DNA of 32,000 nucleotides from Dickeya solani IPO 2222 (GTDB lineage Bacteria; Pseudomonadota; Gammaproteobacteria; Enterobacterales; Enterobacteriaceae): NCBI RefSeq assembly GCF_001644705.1, contig NZ_CP015137.1, positions 4,800,001 to 4,832,000 of the forward strand, read 5' to 3'. Shown piece by piece: positions 31,742 to 32,000 of this stretch (position 1 is its first letter; each line of letters starts with the position of its first letter). The notes under the pieces were generated by a model. It saw only the letters and a program-made list of their open reading frames with translations, ran no database searches and was not told where the DNA came from. The position numbers and the translations under genes were made by a program.

Positions 31742-32000
31742 ATGTTATCCATCGCCACGATCCAGAATATTTACGATTTTATTTACGCGCTGACGCTCGG
31801 CGTGGCCCGGCTTTACCCGTGTCTGTTCCTGGTGCCGCTGTTCTCGTTCACCATTATCAAAGGCATGCTGCGCAACGCGGTGGCGATCGCCCTGGCGCTG
31901 GTGCCGGCCGGCGCCATTCAGCAACAGATGCTGACCACCACGATCACCTGGCCGATGCTGCCCGCTCTGCTGCTCAAAGAGCTGGTGATCGGGCTACTGC
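31742..32000 (+). CDS. hrcT: HrcT (SctT export apparatus protein), 5' part only, runs off the right edge
   Basis: Absent from the track (no stop reached). ATG 31742 gives MLSIATIQNIYDFIYALTLGVARLYPCLFLVPLFSFTIIKGMLRNAVAIALALVPAG..., hydrophobic and FliR/YscT-like. Conserved position after hrcS. Confidence 0.85.
   Translation, partial: MLSIATIQNIYDFIYALTLGVARLYPCLFLVPLFSFTIIKGMLRNAVAIALALVPAGAIQQQMLTTTITWPMLPALLLKELVIGLL

Overview
This window is most of a group-I (Erwinia/Dickeya-type) hrp/hrc type III secretion cluster. It looks like a Dickeya (formerly Erwinia chrysanthemi) genome, based on the harpin HrpN sequence and the adjacent hecB-hecA two-partner-secretion adhesin locus.

Gene order, left to right:
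- hecA (5' part only, minus strand, runs off the left edge) and hecB
- a strongly AT-rich divergent control region
- a small cupin gene
- hrpN
- the hrpF-hrpG-hrcC-hrpT-hrpV operon (minus)
- a roughly 5.4 kb accessory insertion: yafN-yafO toxin-antitoxin, two unrelated GxSxG alpha/beta-hydrolases transcribed divergently, and a lipoprotein lytic transglycosylase
- the hrpA-hrpB-hrcJ-hrpD-hrpE operon (minus)
- the regulatory genes hrpS, hrpY, hrpX and hrpL (minus)
- the hrpJ-hrcV-hrpQ-hrcN-hrpO-hrpP-hrcQ-hrcR-hrcS-hrcT operon (plus, runs off the right edge)

Regulatory sites read directly from the sequence:
- HrpL-type hrp boxes upstream of hrpN, hrpF, hrpA and hrpJ
- a sigma-54 promoter for hrpL, with a TGCAA-N4-TTGCA dyad about 105 bp upstream
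- several intrinsic terminators

Most interesting unexplained signals:
1. A perfect-consensus hrp box (GGAACC-N16-CCACTCA) lies inside hrcQ, in the sense orientation. It sits just upstream of an in-frame Met and the C-terminal SpoA domain.
2. Four separate tandem arrays of 15-19 bp units occur in this window. Three are intergenic (cupin/hrpN gap, upstream of the lytic transglycosylase, hrpD-hrpE gap). One is in-frame in hrcQ and encodes DTIPFN repeats.
3. A 10-bp inverted repeat brackets the hrpF hrp-box promoter.
4. The hrpN leader has a hairpin with GGA motifs in its loop.
5. The accessory genes embedded in the T3SS cluster have no hrp boxes.

No rRNA, tRNA, CRISPR array or transposase was seen. 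Many long ORFs in the track are antisense or out-of-frame shadows of GC-rich genes and were rejected.
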